Assembly: GCA_028285595.1 (NCBI GenBank) | Contig: JANQOW010000048.1 | Location: forward strand, 25,495-89,494 | Source of the DNA: Hyphomicrobiales bacterium | GTDB lineage: Bacteria > Pseudomonadota > Alphaproteobacteria > Rhizobiales > CAJQND01 | Direction: 5' to 3' | DNA: 64,000 nucleotides | Program-made: the position numbers and the translations under genes | The notes under the pieces: model-generated | The model's database searches: none | What the model was told of the DNA's origin: nothing | Seen by the model: only the letters and a program-made list of their open reading frames with translations | Shown here: positions 1 through 10,212 of the stretch, piece after piece | How positions within the stretch are numbered: the first letter of the stretch is position 1 | Layout: every line of letters begins with the position of its first letter

Positions 1-1092
1 AAATACCTGTTGTTTGTGAACACCTGCTCGGAGAAGTGGGAGACGTCCGAGCGCGTGGGCGCGGAATTCGAGCATGTGCGGCCGTCCCCGCCGGCCTTGC
101 GGCTTTTTGATGCCGGCATGGGCGATGGCACCGTGCTGGTGCGGGTGATGCGCACCATGCATTGCCGCTATCCCAACATTCCCTTCTACATCTGCGGCAA
201 GGAGATCAGCCTGGAAGATGTCAGGCTCTGCCTGGAAAAGCTGCCCGACCGGCTCTACGAGCACCCCATGACCGTGTTCGTGGCCACCAATCTCTATTAC
301 TACCAGGCCCCCTGGCTCTCTCTGCAGGGCAGGGGCGACGATATGGCCATCAATTGGATCGTCTTGGAGCTGGAGGGCGAGCATTCCCACCAGTTCGAAG
401 AGCAGATCACCAATATGCAGCGCCAGATCGCCAGCTACTGGCAGGCCTCCGCCAGCGAGAAGACCGGCAATCCGGTCTACACCACGCCGACGGTTCTGGT
501 GATCTACCGGAAAGATCAGAAGTTCGTGCTCAACGATGTGATCCCCCACCGGGGCGACAAGCGGGCGGATTTCGACCTTGTGGTCGCCTCCCAGCCTTAC
601 CGGGCCCGGGTTGAGCCCAAATTCAAGGTGCGCAACGTGGTGGCGCCTCTGGCCAAGGCACTGAGTGTGGGCGGGCGCCTGATCGGGGTTCATTCCCACG
701 GCAACGATCCAGGCCTTGAGATCGTGCGTGAGGTGTGGCCGGACGAGAACCCGTTTCAGACCAACCGCCACATGCTGTGGGATGAGCTGAAGACGTCCTA
801 TCCGGCGATTGCCGCCACCTGTTCCCTGGAAGAGGCCGCCCACAACGAGGCCATCTTCAAGTACGGCATGCACACCCTGCCGAGCGAGATCTCCGCGCAG
901 CCCTCCGGCATCGGCACCTCCACTTTGCTGGCCGCCTGGAACGCTGCGGTCTATGTGGCCCAGATTGACGATGAGCGCCTGGAGGCGGCGATCGCGGATG
1001 GCAGCTACGTGGAAGCCACCCGCCGCAAGCTTGCAGAACATGGCGGACTGTGGTTCCAAAACGAGCTCTACACCATTGTGCGTCATACCTGA
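1..1092 (+). CDS. hypothetical protein, 5'-truncated by window edge; class I SAM-methyltransferase-like motifs
   Basis: Frame 1 is open from nt 1 to TGA 1090-1092. It has LFDAGMGDGT (GxGxG-type motif I), ICGKEIS (acidic residue after strand 2) and FDLVVASQPY (degenerate motif IV-like). I do not recognise the family with certainty. Confidence 0.55.
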   Translation, partial: KYLLFVNTCSEKWETSERVGAEFEHVRPSPPALRLFDAGMGDGTVLVRVMRTMHCRYPNIPFYICGKEISLEDVRLCLEKLPDRLYEHPMTVFVATNLYYYQAPWLSLQGRGDDMAINWIVLELEGEHSHQFEEQITNMQRQIASYWQASASEKTGNPVYTTPTVLVIYRKDQKFVLNDVIPHRGDKRADFDLVVASQPYRARVEPKFKVRNVVAPLAKALSVGGRLIGVHSHGNDPGLEIVREVWPDENPFQTNRHMLWDELKTSYPAIAATCSLEEAAHNEAIFKYGMHTLPSEISAQPSGIGTSTLLAAWNAAVYVAQIDDERLEAAIADGSYVEATRRKLAEHGGLWFQNELYTIVRHT

Positions 1093-1145
1093 GGCGCCAA
1101 GGCAGCAGCAGAAGACAAGAACAAGCGATTTGAGGAATTGTTGAG

Positions 1146-2240
1146 ATGAGTGCGAAGTACTTCACACCCCTGGTGGCTTCATTGCCGTCCACCGTGCCCT
1201 TTGTGGGCCCGGAAGCCCAGGAACGGGCCCGCGGCAAAGGCTTCCGCGCCCGTATCGGGGCCAATGAAAGCGTGTTCGGACCGTCTCCCAAAGCCATTGA
1301 GGCCATGCAGGAGGCCGCCAGCCAGGTGTGGATGTATGCCGACCCGGAGAACCACGACCTGAAGCAGGCCCTCAGCGCCTATCACGGCGTTGCCCCTCAG
1401 AACATCGTGGTGGGCGAGGGAATTGATGGCCTTCTGGGCTATGTGGCCCGCATGTTCGTGGAACCGGGCGTGAAGGTGGTGACCTCGCTCGGCGCCTACC
1501 CCACGTTCAACTTCCATGTGGCCGGCTATGGCGGCGAGCTGTTGACGGTTCCCTACAAGGACGACCGCGAGGACCCCGAAGCCCTGATCGATCTGGCCAG
1601 AAGCTCCGGCGCGCGGCTGATCTACATCTCCAATCCGGACAATCCCATGGGCACCTGGTGGGGCAGCGATGTTATGGAAGAGATGATCGCCAACGTTCCG
1701 GACGGGGCGGTCCTGATCCTGGATGAAGCCTATTGCGAGTTCGCGCCCGAAGGCACCGTGCCCCCGCTGGACGTCACCAATCCGAAAGTGCTGCGGTTCA
1801 GGACCTTCTCCAAGGCCCGCGGCATGGCCGGCGCACGCATCGGTTATGCCATGGGTGAGGCGGAGCTGATCCAAGGCTTCGATAAGATCCGCAACCATTT
1901 CGGCGTCAACCGGGTGGCCCAGGTGGGGGCGCTCGCCGCGCTCGGAGATGACGCCTACCTCGCAGAGGTGATTGAGAAGGTCGCCCAGGCACGCGGGCGC
2001 ATCTCCGCCATTGCCCAGGCCAACGGCCTTTACGCCTTGCCGTCAGCCTCCAATTTCGTGGCCATTGATTGCGGCAAGGACGGCGATTATGCCCGGGCCG
2101 TTCTGGCCAAGCTCATCGAACAGGACATCTTCGTGCGCATGCCGGGCGTTGCGCCTCAGGATCGCTGCATCCGGGTCAGCGCCGGCTTGCCGGCCGATCT
2201 GGACGCGTTCGAAGAAGCCTTGCCCAAGGCGCTCGCTTGA
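1146..2240 (+). CDS. PLP-dependent aminotransferase, HisC (histidinol-phosphate aminotransferase)-like
   Basis: 364-aa ORF with RIGANESVFGPSP near the N-terminus and TFSKARGMAGARIGY (the SK..AG.R.GY PLP-lysine motif of the HisC family). Confidence 0.8.
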   Translation: MSAKYFTPLVASLPSTVPFVGPEAQERARGKGFRARIGANESVFGPSPKAIEAMQEAASQVWMYADPENHDLKQALSAYHGVAPQNIVVGEGIDGLLGYVARMFVEPGVKVVTSLGAYPTFNFHVAGYGGELLTVPYKDDREDPEALIDLARSSGARLIYISNPDNPMGTWWGSDVMEEMIANVPDGAVLILDEAYCEFAPEGTVPPLDVTNPKVLRFRTFSKARGMAGARIGYAMGEAELIQGFDKIRNHFGVNRVAQVGALAALGDDAYLAEVIEKVAQARGRISAIAQANGLYALPSASNFVAIDCGKDGDYARAVLAKLIEQDIFVRMPGVAPQDRCIRVSAGLPADLDAFEEALPKALA

Positions 2241-2280
2241 CGATATCTTCGCTCCACCCTCAAGCCAAAAGGAAGCCATC

Positions 2281-3048
2281 ATGTCGGAAGTACGCAAAGT
2301 CGAATTTGGTAAGAACACCGTCGATTTCCCCGAAGAGCGCGTCGATCTGGCTTGCGCGTTCCGGTGGACCGCCCGCCTCAATCTGCATGAGGGCGTGGCC
2401 AACCACTTCTCTCTGGCCGTCAACGATGACGGCACCCAGTTCCTGATGAACCGCAATCAGCAGCATTTCAGCCGGATCAAGGCCTCAGACCTCCTGCTGC
2501 TGGACGCGAACGATGCCGCCACCATGGAGCACCCGGACGCGCCGGACCCCACCGCGTGGGGCCTGCATGGCTCGGTCCACCGGCGCTGCCCCCATGCGCG
2601 CTGCGTCATCCATGTGCACTCGATCTACGCCACGGTTCTGGCGAGCCTGGCGGACAGCTCCTTGCCGCCGATCGATCAGAACACGGCCATCTTCTTCAAC
2701 CGCACCGTGGTGGACGAGGACTATAACGGCCTGGCCTTCGAGGAGGAGGGCGAGCGCTGCGCGGCCATGCTGACCGATCCGTCCAAGAAGGTCATGATCA
2801 TGGGCAACCACGGCGTTCTGGTGATCGGCAACACGGTGGCCGATGCCTTCAACCGCATGTACTATTTCGAGCGGGCGTCGGAAACCTACATCAAGGCGCT
2901 GTGGACCCAGAAGACCTTGCGCGTGCTCTCCGATGAGGTGGCCGAGAAGACCGCCCGTGAGATCGAGAGCTATCCCGACCAGGGAAAAATGCACTTCAGC
3001 GAGCTGCGCGCCATCCTGGACGATGAAGAGCCCGCCTACCGCAACTGA
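2281..3048 (+). CDS. class II aldolase/adducin family protein
   Basis: ATG 2281 is preceded by aaggaag. The longer ORF from 1972 overlaps the upstream gene and is rejected. Motifs are HGSVH...VIHVHS (metal-binding His) and MGNHGVLVIG, typical of the class II aldolase/adducin N-terminal domain. Confidence 0.8.
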   Translation: MSEVRKVEFGKNTVDFPEERVDLACAFRWTARLNLHEGVANHFSLAVNDDGTQFLMNRNQQHFSRIKASDLLLLDANDAATMEHPDAPDPTAWGLHGSVHRRCPHARCVIHVHSIYATVLASLADSSLPPIDQNTAIFFNRTVVDEDYNGLAFEEEGERCAAMLTDPSKKVMIMGNHGVLVIGNTVADAFNRMYYFERASETYIKALWTQKTLRVLSDEVAEKTAREIESYPDQGKMHFSELRAILDDEEPAYRN

Positions 3049-3167
3049 GCCTTGCGGTGGTGAGATTTATTGAACGGACTGCAGGGGATTTTGCCCTTGC
3101 TGCGGGCCGTTTTGACGGTCTATGACGCCGCACGTTTAACGCTGAACACTCAAGGCACGTGAGACCC

Positions 3168-4400
3168 ATGGAACATGTGGTGATTATTGGCGCAGGCCAA
3201 GCCGGCGGGCGCACCGCCCGGGCTTTGCGCGAGCAGGGGTTTGAGGGCGACATCACCCTGGTGGGGGAAGAGCCTTTGCTGCCCTATGAGCGCCCGCCCT
3301 TGTCGAAGGCCGTGCTGAAGGGCGAAGCGTCCGTGGACGATGTGATGCTGGCCGATGAGGACGCCTACCGCCAGCACAACATCACCTTCCGGGCCAACTG
3401 CCGGGCCGACGCGCTGGACTTGAGCGAGCGGACCGTGAGCCTGAGCGACGGGGCGCACCTCACCTACGATCATCTCGTGCTCACAACCGGCGGCGTGGCG
3501 AAGAGCCTGCCCATCCTGGGCGGTGACCTTGAGGGGGTGCACCTCCTCAGAACGGCTGAGCATGCCGCCGCCGTCTCTGCCGAGCTGAAAGAGGGGGCGC
3601 ATCTTGCCATTGTGGGCGGTGGCTTCATCGGCCTTGAAGTGGCGGCGAGTGCCCGTCAGTGCGGCTGCACCGTGACGGTTCTGGAAGGCTTTGAGCGGAT
3701 CCTCGCCCGCTCGCTTCCGGCTGAAACCGCTGCTGACGTGGCCAGCGTCCATGCGGGCAAGGGCACGGAGATCCGCACCAATGTGCGCATTGCCAGCTTT
3801 CGCGGCGGCGCGCGTGTGGAAGCTGTGGTGTTTGAGGATGGCAGCGAGTTGGCCGTCGACGCCGTGGTGGTGGGGATCGGCATTGCGCCGGATGTGAAGC
3901 TGGCCGAGGAGGCTGGGCTCAAAGTGGACAATGGCATTGTGACCGATGAGTTCGGCCGCACCTCTGCGGCGGGCGTCTATGCGGCGGGCGATTGTGCGGC
4001 GGCCTTCATGCCGCGCTATGGCCGGCATGTGCGCCTTGAATCCTATCAGAACGCCAACCTCCAGCCGGCCAACCTGGCACGCACCATCCGGGGCGAGGAG
4101 CGGGTCTATGATCCGGTGCCCTGGCTGTGGTCGGACCAGTATGACTGGAACCTGCAGACGGCGGGCTTTCCCAATGAGTTCGACACGGTGGTTTGCCGCG
4201 GTTCGGTGGGCGAGGGGGCTGTGGTCTATTTCAGCCTGCGAGATGGGGAGCTGCGCGGCGTGGCCGGCCTGGGCCAAGGCGCCGCCATCGCCCGCGATGT
4301 GCGCTTCTGCCAGATGATGATGGAGCGCGGGGTGAGCCCCAAGGCGGAGCAACTGGCCGATCCGGATGTGGCGCTCAAGGATCTGTTGAAGGCGGGTTAG
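3168..4400 (+). CDS. FAD/NAD(P)-dependent oxidoreductase, ferredoxin/rubredoxin-reductase type
   Basis: MEHVVIIGAGQAGG (GxGxxG), a second Rossmann motif LAIVGGGFIGLEVA, and VYAAGDCA. At about 410 aa it matches putidaredoxin-reductase-like enzymes. A GTG at 3159 is an alternative start. Confidence 0.8.
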   Translation: MEHVVIIGAGQAGGRTARALREQGFEGDITLVGEEPLLPYERPPLSKAVLKGEASVDDVMLADEDAYRQHNITFRANCRADALDLSERTVSLSDGAHLTYDHLVLTTGGVAKSLPILGGDLEGVHLLRTAEHAAAVSAELKEGAHLAIVGGGFIGLEVAASARQCGCTVTVLEGFERILARSLPAETAADVASVHAGKGTEIRTNVRIASFRGGARVEAVVFEDGSELAVDAVVVGIGIAPDVKLAEEAGLKVDNGIVTDEFGRTSAAGVYAAGDCAAAFMPRYGRHVRLESYQNANLQPANLARTIRGEERVYDPVPWLWSDQYDWNLQTAGFPNEFDTVVCRGSVGEGAVVYFSLRDGELRGVAGLGQGAAIARDVRFCQMMMERGVSPKAEQLADPDVALKDLLKAG

Positions 4401-4404
4401 CGGC

Positions 4405-4434
4405 GTCCTTGCGCACGCGAGGACCTTCTGAGCC
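4405..4434. repeat. intergenic hairpin repeat, family B (gtccttgcg-N4-cgaggac + cttctgagcc)
   Basis: Sequence gtccttgcgcacgcgaggaccttctgagcc. Near-identical copies lie at 18128-18157 (same orientation) and 21086-21114 (reverse complement). Confidence 0.8.
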
Positions 4435-4460
4435 AAGGGATAGGTGTGAGCTATGGACCC

Positions 4461-4963
4461 CTGCTTTCGCAGGGGAGCGGCTGCGCTGCACGTTCTCTCT
4501 CAACCGTCATCCCCGCATCTCACCCTCCGTCATCCCCGCGAACGCGGGGACCCAGGGGCGGGTTGCTCTGGGCCCCGGATATTTGCTTCGCAAATTCCGG
4601 GGTGACGACGATGAGTGCTACGGGCAAACGGCAAAGTCACCCTTCAGGGCCAAATAGCCCGAATTTCTCTCTCAGATCAGCGCTTTACGCGAAATAGGGT
4701 TCGTTTCGCAAAAACACAGGCAGAGCCCGCTCTCGCAGGGGAGCGATTGCACTGCGCATCCCCCCATCCGCCATCCCCGCATCTCTCCCTCCGTCATCCC
4801 CGCGAAAGCGGGGACCCAGGGGCGGGTTGCTCTGGGCCCCGGATATTTGCTTCGCAAATTCCGGGGTGACGAAATCGCCTGGCAAACGGCAAAGTCACCC
4901 CTCAGGGCCAAATAGCCCGAATTTCTCTCTCAGATCAGCGCTTTACGCGAAATTGGGTTCGTT
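4461..4963. repeat. tandem duplication (2 copies, period 264 bp) of an intergenic mosaic element containing the family A hairpin repeat
   Basis: ccgtcatccccgcg starts at 4527 and again at 4791, an offset of 264. The stretch from cgcaggggagcg to gggttcgtt repeats almost base-for-base (4461-4705 and 4727-4963). Each copy carries gtcatccccgcgaa(c/a)gcggggacccagg...ccggatatttgcttcgcaaattccggggtgacg. Confidence 0.9.
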
Positions 4964-4999
4964 CGGATAGTCATACTGTTTAGTGGCAAAATAAGACAA

Positions 5000-6475
5000 C
5001 TAAAAAGTGGCAAATTGGGCTGCCGCCTCCTCCAAGCGGTCAGGATCAATCTGAGCGGCAATAAACCGGTCCGGGCGCACCAGCAGAAGCTGGTTCGCCA
5101 CCAGAGGCGCATCCGGGGGCTGGAGATGGAGCGTATTTGGCGCCAACGCCAAGAGCTTGGCCGGATCGATCTCTTGCGCATCCACGCCCACGGCGATAAC
5201 CGCAAAGTCATTTCCCAAATGATCGTCCAGGAGCCGCGCCTCGCCCTCCGTACCAGGCACCATCGGCTGGGGCAGGGGGCGGCCCAGCAGCGACTGGTCC
5301 TTACCCAGCCCCGGCAACAACCAGCCCTCCGTGTACGCTGCCTGAGGCTTTGGCTGCATCGCTCCGCCAGACGGCACCAAGGCCTCCAGGATCCGCGCCC
5401 GGGCGGCCTCATCAAACCCGCCCACAGGCATCACGATCTCCCCAAGCGAGACCGCATAGTCGATCATCTCCTCAATCGGCCCACGGCGCTCTTGCTCATA
5501 GGTGTCCAGGATTGCCGGGGACGCACGGCCCGCAACGAAACGCGCCACTTTCCAGGCCACGTTGAAGGCATCCCGCAGGCCGGCATTCATGCCTTGACCG
5601 GCAAAGGGCGGCGACAGATGGGCTGCATCGCCCAGAAGCAACACGCGCCCCACCTGAAGCCGTTCGGCCACCCGGGCATGGAAGGTGTAGACCACTGCCC
5701 GCGTCATATCCTCATCCGGGATCGTTCGGAATCGGGAGAGCGTTTCGCGCACGCGCTCGCGCGTGCTGAGGGCGGCCGGGTCTTCGCCGGGCAGGATCAT
5801 ATACTCATACCGCCGCCCGCTTCCCGGCGCTGGGATGGAGACCATGGGCCGTGCCGGATCGCAGAAGAACTTGGAAAACCGGTCGCGGTCGGGATCGTTC
5901 ACCGTGTCCACCACAACCCAGTCGCGGCTGTCGGTACGCCCGGGCATGGCGAGCCCCAAGTGCTCGCGCACCGTGCTCCGGCCGCCGTCGCAGGCCAAAA
6001 GCACCTGAGCGCGGACGGTTAGCGGCCCGTCAGTGGTGGAGACGGTTGCCTCCACGCCGCCGCCTAAGTCCTGAAAACGCTCTAAAGTGCTCGAAAAAGC
6101 CACACTAACCTGTTGAAACCGCTCCAAACCCGCCAGCAGCGTCCGCTCCAAATCGGGCTGCAGAAAGGCATTGCGCCGCGCATAGCCATGTTCGGTGATC
6201 GGCGCGTCCACCTTGGCAAAGCAGGACCCGTCCGGTGCGTAATAGCGCGCGCCATAGCCGGCGATCACCTTGGCCGAGACCTCTTCGGCAAGCCCTGCGG
6301 CCTGCAGCGCGCGCAAGCCCTCATCGTCCAGCAGAATGGCCTTGGGATGATCGGAAAGCCCTTCATTGCGCTCAATCACCAGGCACTCAACGCCATAAGT
6401 GCCCAACAGATTGGCCGTGAGCAGGCCGGTGGGCCCGGCGCCCACGATCAGGACGGGAACGTCTATGACGCGCAT
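5000..6475 (-). CDS. FAD-dependent aromatic-ring monooxygenase (PheA/TfdB/MhpA-like)
   Basis: VLIVGAGPTGL FAD fingerprint and LLLGDAAHLSPPFAGQGMNAGLRDAFNVAWK. The start is ATG 6475 or GTG 6484. Confidence 0.8.
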   Translation of the reverse strand: MRVIDVPVLIVGAGPTGLLTANLLGTYGVECLVIERNEGLSDHPKAILLDDEGLRALQAAGLAEEVSAKVIAGYGARYYAPDGSCFAKVDAPITEHGYARRNAFLQPDLERTLLAGLERFQQVSVAFSSTLERFQDLGGGVEATVSTTDGPLTVRAQVLLACDGGRSTVREHLGLAMPGRTDSRDWVVVDTVNDPDRDRFSKFFCDPARPMVSIPAPGSGRRYEYMILPGEDPAALSTRERVRETLSRFRTIPDEDMTRAVVYTFHARVAERLQVGRVLLLGDAAHLSPPFAGQGMNAGLRDAFNVAWKVARFVAGRASPAILDTYEQERRGPIEEMIDYAVSLGEIVMPVGGFDEAARARILEALVPSGGAMQPKPQAAYTEGWLLPGLGKDQSLLGRPLPQPMVPGTEGEARLLDDHLGNDFAVIAVGVDAQEIDPAKLLALAPNTLHLQPPDAPLVANQLLLVRPDRFIAAQIDPDRLEEAAAQFATF

Positions 6476-6493
6476 GGGGCTCACCGGAGAGCG

Positions 6494-7039
6494 TCAGATT
6501 TCCTCAGCCTTGGCCCCTTCAATGCGCTCGCCGGCAGCATTGATGTAGGTGCCGTCCGTATCGATGGTGGCCAGATCGCAGAAGATCTCGATGCGGTGGT
6601 TATCCGGATCCAGCACATAGAAGCTCTCATTCTCCCCCCAGGAGCCGTCGCCGCGCGGGTCCCAAGGGCTGTGGACCACCGGTCCGCGAACGATCTCAAG
6701 CCCCAGCGCCTTGGCCCGCTCCAGCACGCCGAGGAAGCTCTCCCGGTCCGGGCACTCATAGGCATAGTGGTGAAAGGCGGGGATGCCCTCAGCATCGTCC
6801 ATCGGGTTCTTCGGGCGCGGCGTATAGGTTTTCGCCGGATTGTGCATGATCACCAGGTCATGGTGGCGCCGGCCCAGCCGCATGAAGGTGAGGTCCACCG
6901 GGATGCCCGCAACCTCACCGGCCTTATGGCGCTCGGTCACTTTCATGCCGAGGAACTGCCGGTAAAATTCAATCGAGCGCTCCGTATCGGACACCTCAAG
7001 GGCCAGATGCTGCAGGGTAGACGGGGTCACGGCACTCAT
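6494..7039 (-). CDS. VOC family protein (glyoxalase / small extradiol dioxygenase-like)
   Basis: 181 aa with LQHLALEVSD..SIEFYRQFLGMKV, a typical VOC beta-alpha-beta-beta-beta start. It sits 9-18 nt upstream of the monooxygenase on the same strand. Confidence 0.7.
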   Translation of the reverse strand: MSAVTPSTLQHLALEVSDTERSIEFYRQFLGMKVTERHKAGEVAGIPVDLTFMRLGRRHHDLVIMHNPAKTYTPRPKNPMDDAEGIPAFHHYAYECPDRESFLGVLERAKALGLEIVRGPVVHSPWDPRGDGSWGENESFYVLDPDNHRIEIFCDLATIDTDGTYINAAGERIEGAKAEEI

Positions 7040-7050
7040 TCAGCTCTCTC

Positions 7051-7521
7051 CTATAAGTTCTGCATGCGGTCCAGCGCGCCTTGAAGGATATAGGCGGCGG
7101 CCATCTTATCCACCACTTCGGCCCGCTTGGCCCGGGAACTGTCGGCCTCCAGCAAGGTGCGGGTCACCGCGGAGGTGGACAAGCGCTCATCCCAGTACGC
7201 AATGGGAAGATCGGTCTTCCCGCGCAAGTTCCGCGCAAAGGCCCGGGTGGACTGGGCCCTTGGCCCTTCGCTGCCATCCATATTGATGGGAAGGCCCAGC
7301 ACAAAACCGCCGGCGTCTTCCTCGTCAGCAATGGCCAGAAGGTGTTCGGCATCCTGGGTAAACTTGACCCGCTTCCAGGTTTCCCGCGGCGTTGCAATCG
7401 AACGCATCACGTCGGACACCGCAATTCCAATGGTCTTGGTGCCCAGATCAAGGCCCAGCAGGCGCTGGCCGGGCCTTAGGGTGCCGGCCAGGGCCTCAAT
7501 GGATATGTCGGGCGCGCTCAT
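7051..7521 (-). CDS. ruvX: Holliday junction resolvase-like protein RuvX (YqgF)
   Basis: Only the C-terminal 156 aa of the 427-aa ORF look real. The start MSAPDISIE is at 7521. Motifs are [17 protein letters not shown] and [12 protein letters not shown]. Confidence 0.85.
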   Translation of the reverse strand: MSAPDISIEALAGTLRPGQRLLGLDLGTKTIGIAVSDVMRSIATPRETWKRVKFTQDAEHLLAIADEEDAGGFVLGLPINMDGSEGPRAQSTRAFARNLRGKTDLPIAYWDERLSTSAVTRTLLEADSSRAKRAEVVDKMAAAYILQGALDRMQNL

Positions 7522-7626
7522 GAAACGCTGTTTAAGGCGCCGGGCCGAACAAAGCAAACCGTTGATTATCCCGGCAAAGGCCGTAAGCTTGCGGGAACAA
7601 AAATGCTGAAGACAGGAGTGGCAGAG

Positions 7627-8325
7627 ATGAAGATTACGTGGCTGGGCCATGCGGCCTATCGGGTGGAGATTGACGGTGCGGTGATTTTGATCGATCCGTT
7701 CATCAGCGGAAGCCCGGTTTATGAAGGCACCCTGGAAGAGGCATCCGCCGGCTGCACCCATGTGGCGCTGACCCACGGCCATGATGACCATGTGGGCGAT
7801 GCGGCGGAGATCTGCAAAAGCACCGGCGCCATGCTGCTGGCCAATTTCGAGCTGTGCATGTGGCTGCAAGGCAAGGGGGCGGAAAACATCAACCCGGCCA
7901 ACCATGGCGGCACATTGGACTGCGGCGCCTTCAAGGTGACCTTCACGGACGCCAACCACTCTTCCTCCACCATGGACGGCAGCACGCCTATTTATCTGGG
8001 CAACCCCAACGGCCTTGTGTTTGAGGGCGACGGCATCCCGACGCTCTATCACATGGGCGACACCAACATGTTCTCCGACATGGCTCTGATTGAGGAGTTC
8101 CACACGCCTGATATCGGCATCGTTCCCATCGGCGACCGCTTCACCATGGGCGCGCGCCAGGCGGCGATTGCCTGCAAGCGCTATTTCAACTTCAAGACCA
8201 TCCTGCCGTGCCACTTCGGCACCTTCCCGATCATTGATCCGGACGCCAGCAAGTTTCTGGCGGAGATGGGCGATGACGTGGACACTGTGCGCGTTCTGGA
8301 AGTGGGCGGCAGCATCGATCTCTAG
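7627..8325 (+). CDS. metal-dependent hydrolase, UPF0173 / beta-lactamase-fold
   Basis: [11 protein letters not shown] and [15 protein letters not shown] (HxHxDH motif). ATG 7627 follows caggag. Confidence 0.8.
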   Translation: MKITWLGHAAYRVEIDGAVILIDPFISGSPVYEGTLEEASAGCTHVALTHGHDDHVGDAAEICKSTGAMLLANFELCMWLQGKGAENINPANHGGTLDCGAFKVTFTDANHSSSTMDGSTPIYLGNPNGLVFEGDGIPTLYHMGDTNMFSDMALIEEFHTPDIGIVPIGDRFTMGARQAAIACKRYFNFKTILPCHFGTFPIIDPDASKFLAEMGDDVDTVRVLEVGGSIDL

Positions 8326-8441
8326 GCCCGCCAACGCTTCATTGTTGCCGTTGCGGTGCGCACCCGGCGGTGGTATCAGATCGCCTTGATTTGGTGGCGC
8401 CGCTGGAGGCGCTGCCGTTTCCCACCACTGGAGTTAGAGAC

Positions 8442-8729
8442 ATGGCCGTAGATGAGGCGACCGTTCGGCGTATCGCCAAGCTCGCGCGCATATCGGTGAG
8501 CGACGACCAGGCGCACGCCATTGAAGGCGAACTCAACACGATCCTGGATTGGGTGGAACAGCTCAATGAGGTGAATGTGGAGGGCGTGGAGCCCATGACC
8601 TCGGTGGTGGAAATGAGCATGAAGATGCGCGACGACGAGGTGGCCGATGGCGAGTGCCCGGAGAAGGTCATCGCCAACGCACCGGCCAATGAAGAGCACT
8701 TCTATCTGGTGCCCAAGGTGGTCGAGTAA
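8442..8729 (+). CDS. gatC: Asp/Glu-tRNA amidotransferase subunit C
   Basis: 95 aa starting [22 protein letters not shown], ending FYLVPKVVE. ggag RBS. Lies directly upstream of gatA. Confidence 0.9.
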   Translation: MAVDEATVRRIAKLARISVSDDQAHAIEGELNTILDWVEQLNEVNVEGVEPMTSVVEMSMKMRDDEVADGECPEKVIANAPANEEHFYLVPKVVE

Positions 8730-8734
8730 GCGCC

Positions 8735-10210
8735 ATGAGTGACTTAACAGAACTGAACCTCGCCCAAGTGCGCGAGGGCCTGCGGGGCAAAGACTTCACC
8801 TCAAGAGAGATCACCGACGCCTATTTGGAGGCGATCGACACCTCCAACGCGGCGCTGAACGCCTACATCACCGTGACCCACGACAAGGCCCGCGCCATGG
8901 CAGATGCCTCCGATGCCAAGCTGGCAAGCGGCGAGGGCGGGGCGCTGGAAGGTGTTCCGCTGGGGATCAAGGACCTCTTTGCCACCGAGGGTGTCCACAC
9001 CCAGGCGTGCAGCCACATACTGGATGGCTTTGAGCCCACATATGAATCCACCGTCACGCAAAACCTGTGGGACGACGGGGCGGTGATGCTGGGCAAGCTC
9101 AACATGGATGAGTTTGCCATGGGCTCCTCCAACGAGACCTCCTATTACGGCAACGTGGTGAACCCCTGGCGCCGCTCCGGCGGGGACAATGCGCCCCTGG
9201 TGCCGGGCGGCTCGTCCGGCGGCTCTGCTTCGGCCACGGCGGCGCACCTGTGCGTAGCGGCCACGGGCACGGACACGGGCGGCTCCATCCGCCAGCCGGC
9301 CGCGCTCACGGGTCTTGTGGGCATCAAGCCCACCTATGGCCGCTGCTCGCGCTGGGGCATTGTGGCCTTTGCCTCCTCGCTGGACCAGGCCGGCCCGCTC
9401 ACCCGCACGGTGCGCGACAGCGCCATCATGCTGAACTCCATGGCGAGCCCCGATCCCAAGGACACAACCTGCGTGGATATGCCGGTGCCGGACTATGAAG
9501 CGGCACTGACCGGTGATGTGCGCGGGCTGAAGGTGGGCATCCCCAAGGAATACCGCCTGGACGGTATGCCCGATGAAATCGAAACCCTCTGGCAGCAGGG
9601 GATCGATTGGCTGCGTTCGGCCGGCGCTGAGATCAAGGACGTTTCCCTGCCTCACACCAAGTATGCCCTGCCGGCCTATTACATCGTGGCCCCGGCGGAA
9701 GCCTCCTCGAACCTCGCCCGCTATGACGGGGTGCGCTATGGCCTGCGTGTGCCCGATGATGACGTGGTCGCCATGTATGAGAAGACGCGCTCAGAGGGCT
9801 TCGGGCCGGAGGTGAAGCGCCGGGTGCTGATCGGCACCTATGTGCTCTCTGCGGGCTATTATGACGCCTATTATCTGCGCGCCCAAAAGGTGCGCACGCT
9901 CATCAAACGTGACTTTGAGCAGGCGTTTGAGGATGTGGATGTGCTGCTCACCCCGGCAACCCCGAGTGCGGCCTTTGCCCCGGGCGAGATCACCGATCCG
10001 GTGCACATGTATCTCAACGACATTTTCACCGTGACCGTGAACATGGCGGGCCTTCCGGGCATTGCCGTTCCGGCGGGGCTGGATCCCAAAGGTCTGCCGC
10101 TCGGCCTCCAACTCATCGGCAAAGCCTTTGATGAGGAGACCTTGTTCCGCACCGCCGGGGTTCTGGAAGAGGCCGCAGACTTCACCGCGCGCCCGGAGAA
10201 ATGGTGGTAG
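8735..10210 (+). CDS. gatA: Asp/Glu-tRNA amidotransferase subunit A
   Basis: 491 aa with the amidase signature [13 protein letters not shown] and the [12 protein letters not shown] motif. Confidence 0.95.
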   Translation: MSDLTELNLAQVREGLRGKDFTSREITDAYLEAIDTSNAALNAYITVTHDKARAMADASDAKLASGEGGALEGVPLGIKDLFATEGVHTQACSHILDGFEPTYESTVTQNLWDDGAVMLGKLNMDEFAMGSSNETSYYGNVVNPWRRSGGDNAPLVPGGSSGGSASATAAHLCVAATGTDTGGSIRQPAALTGLVGIKPTYGRCSRWGIVAFASSLDQAGPLTRTVRDSAIMLNSMASPDPKDTTCVDMPVPDYEAALTGDVRGLKVGIPKEYRLDGMPDEIETLWQQGIDWLRSAGAEIKDVSLPHTKYALPAYYIVAPAEASSNLARYDGVRYGLRVPDDDVVAMYEKTRSEGFGPEVKRRVLIGTYVLSAGYYDAYYLRAQKVRTLIKRDFEQAFEDVDVLLTPATPSAAFAPGEITDPVHMYLNDIFTVTVNMAGLPGIAVPAGLDPKGLPLGLQLIGKAFDEETLFRTAGVLEEAADFTARPEKWW

Positions 10211-10212
10211 CC

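Noticed and set aside
1972-2280. 5' extension of the class II aldolase ORF (track start 1972).
   Set aside because: It overlaps the last ~270 nt of the aminotransferase gene in another frame and is Pro/Arg/Ser-rich. ATG 2281 has an RBS-like aaggaag and begins the conserved domain.
4461-4963. Considered whether the tandem repeat could be a CRISPR array.
   Set aside because: There are only two copies of a 264-bp unit with no short repeat/spacer alternation, and no cas genes occur anywhere in the window.
4446-5415. ORFs 4446-4697, 4615-4869, 4672-4911, 4685-4885 and 4930-5415 in the repeat region.
   Set aside because: They translate the intergenic hairpin repeats (for example SSPRTRGPRG and HPRESGDPG). 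They duplicate with the 264-bp unit and lack start contexts.
7522-8334. N-terminal 270 aa of the 427-aa minus-strand ORF 7051-8334.
   Set aside because: It runs antisense to the well-supported metal-dependent hydrolase gene and has Ala/Arg/Gly-rich composition typical of shadow ORFs in GC-rich DNA. Only the C-terminal 156 aa (RuvX) have recognisable motifs and a sensible start.
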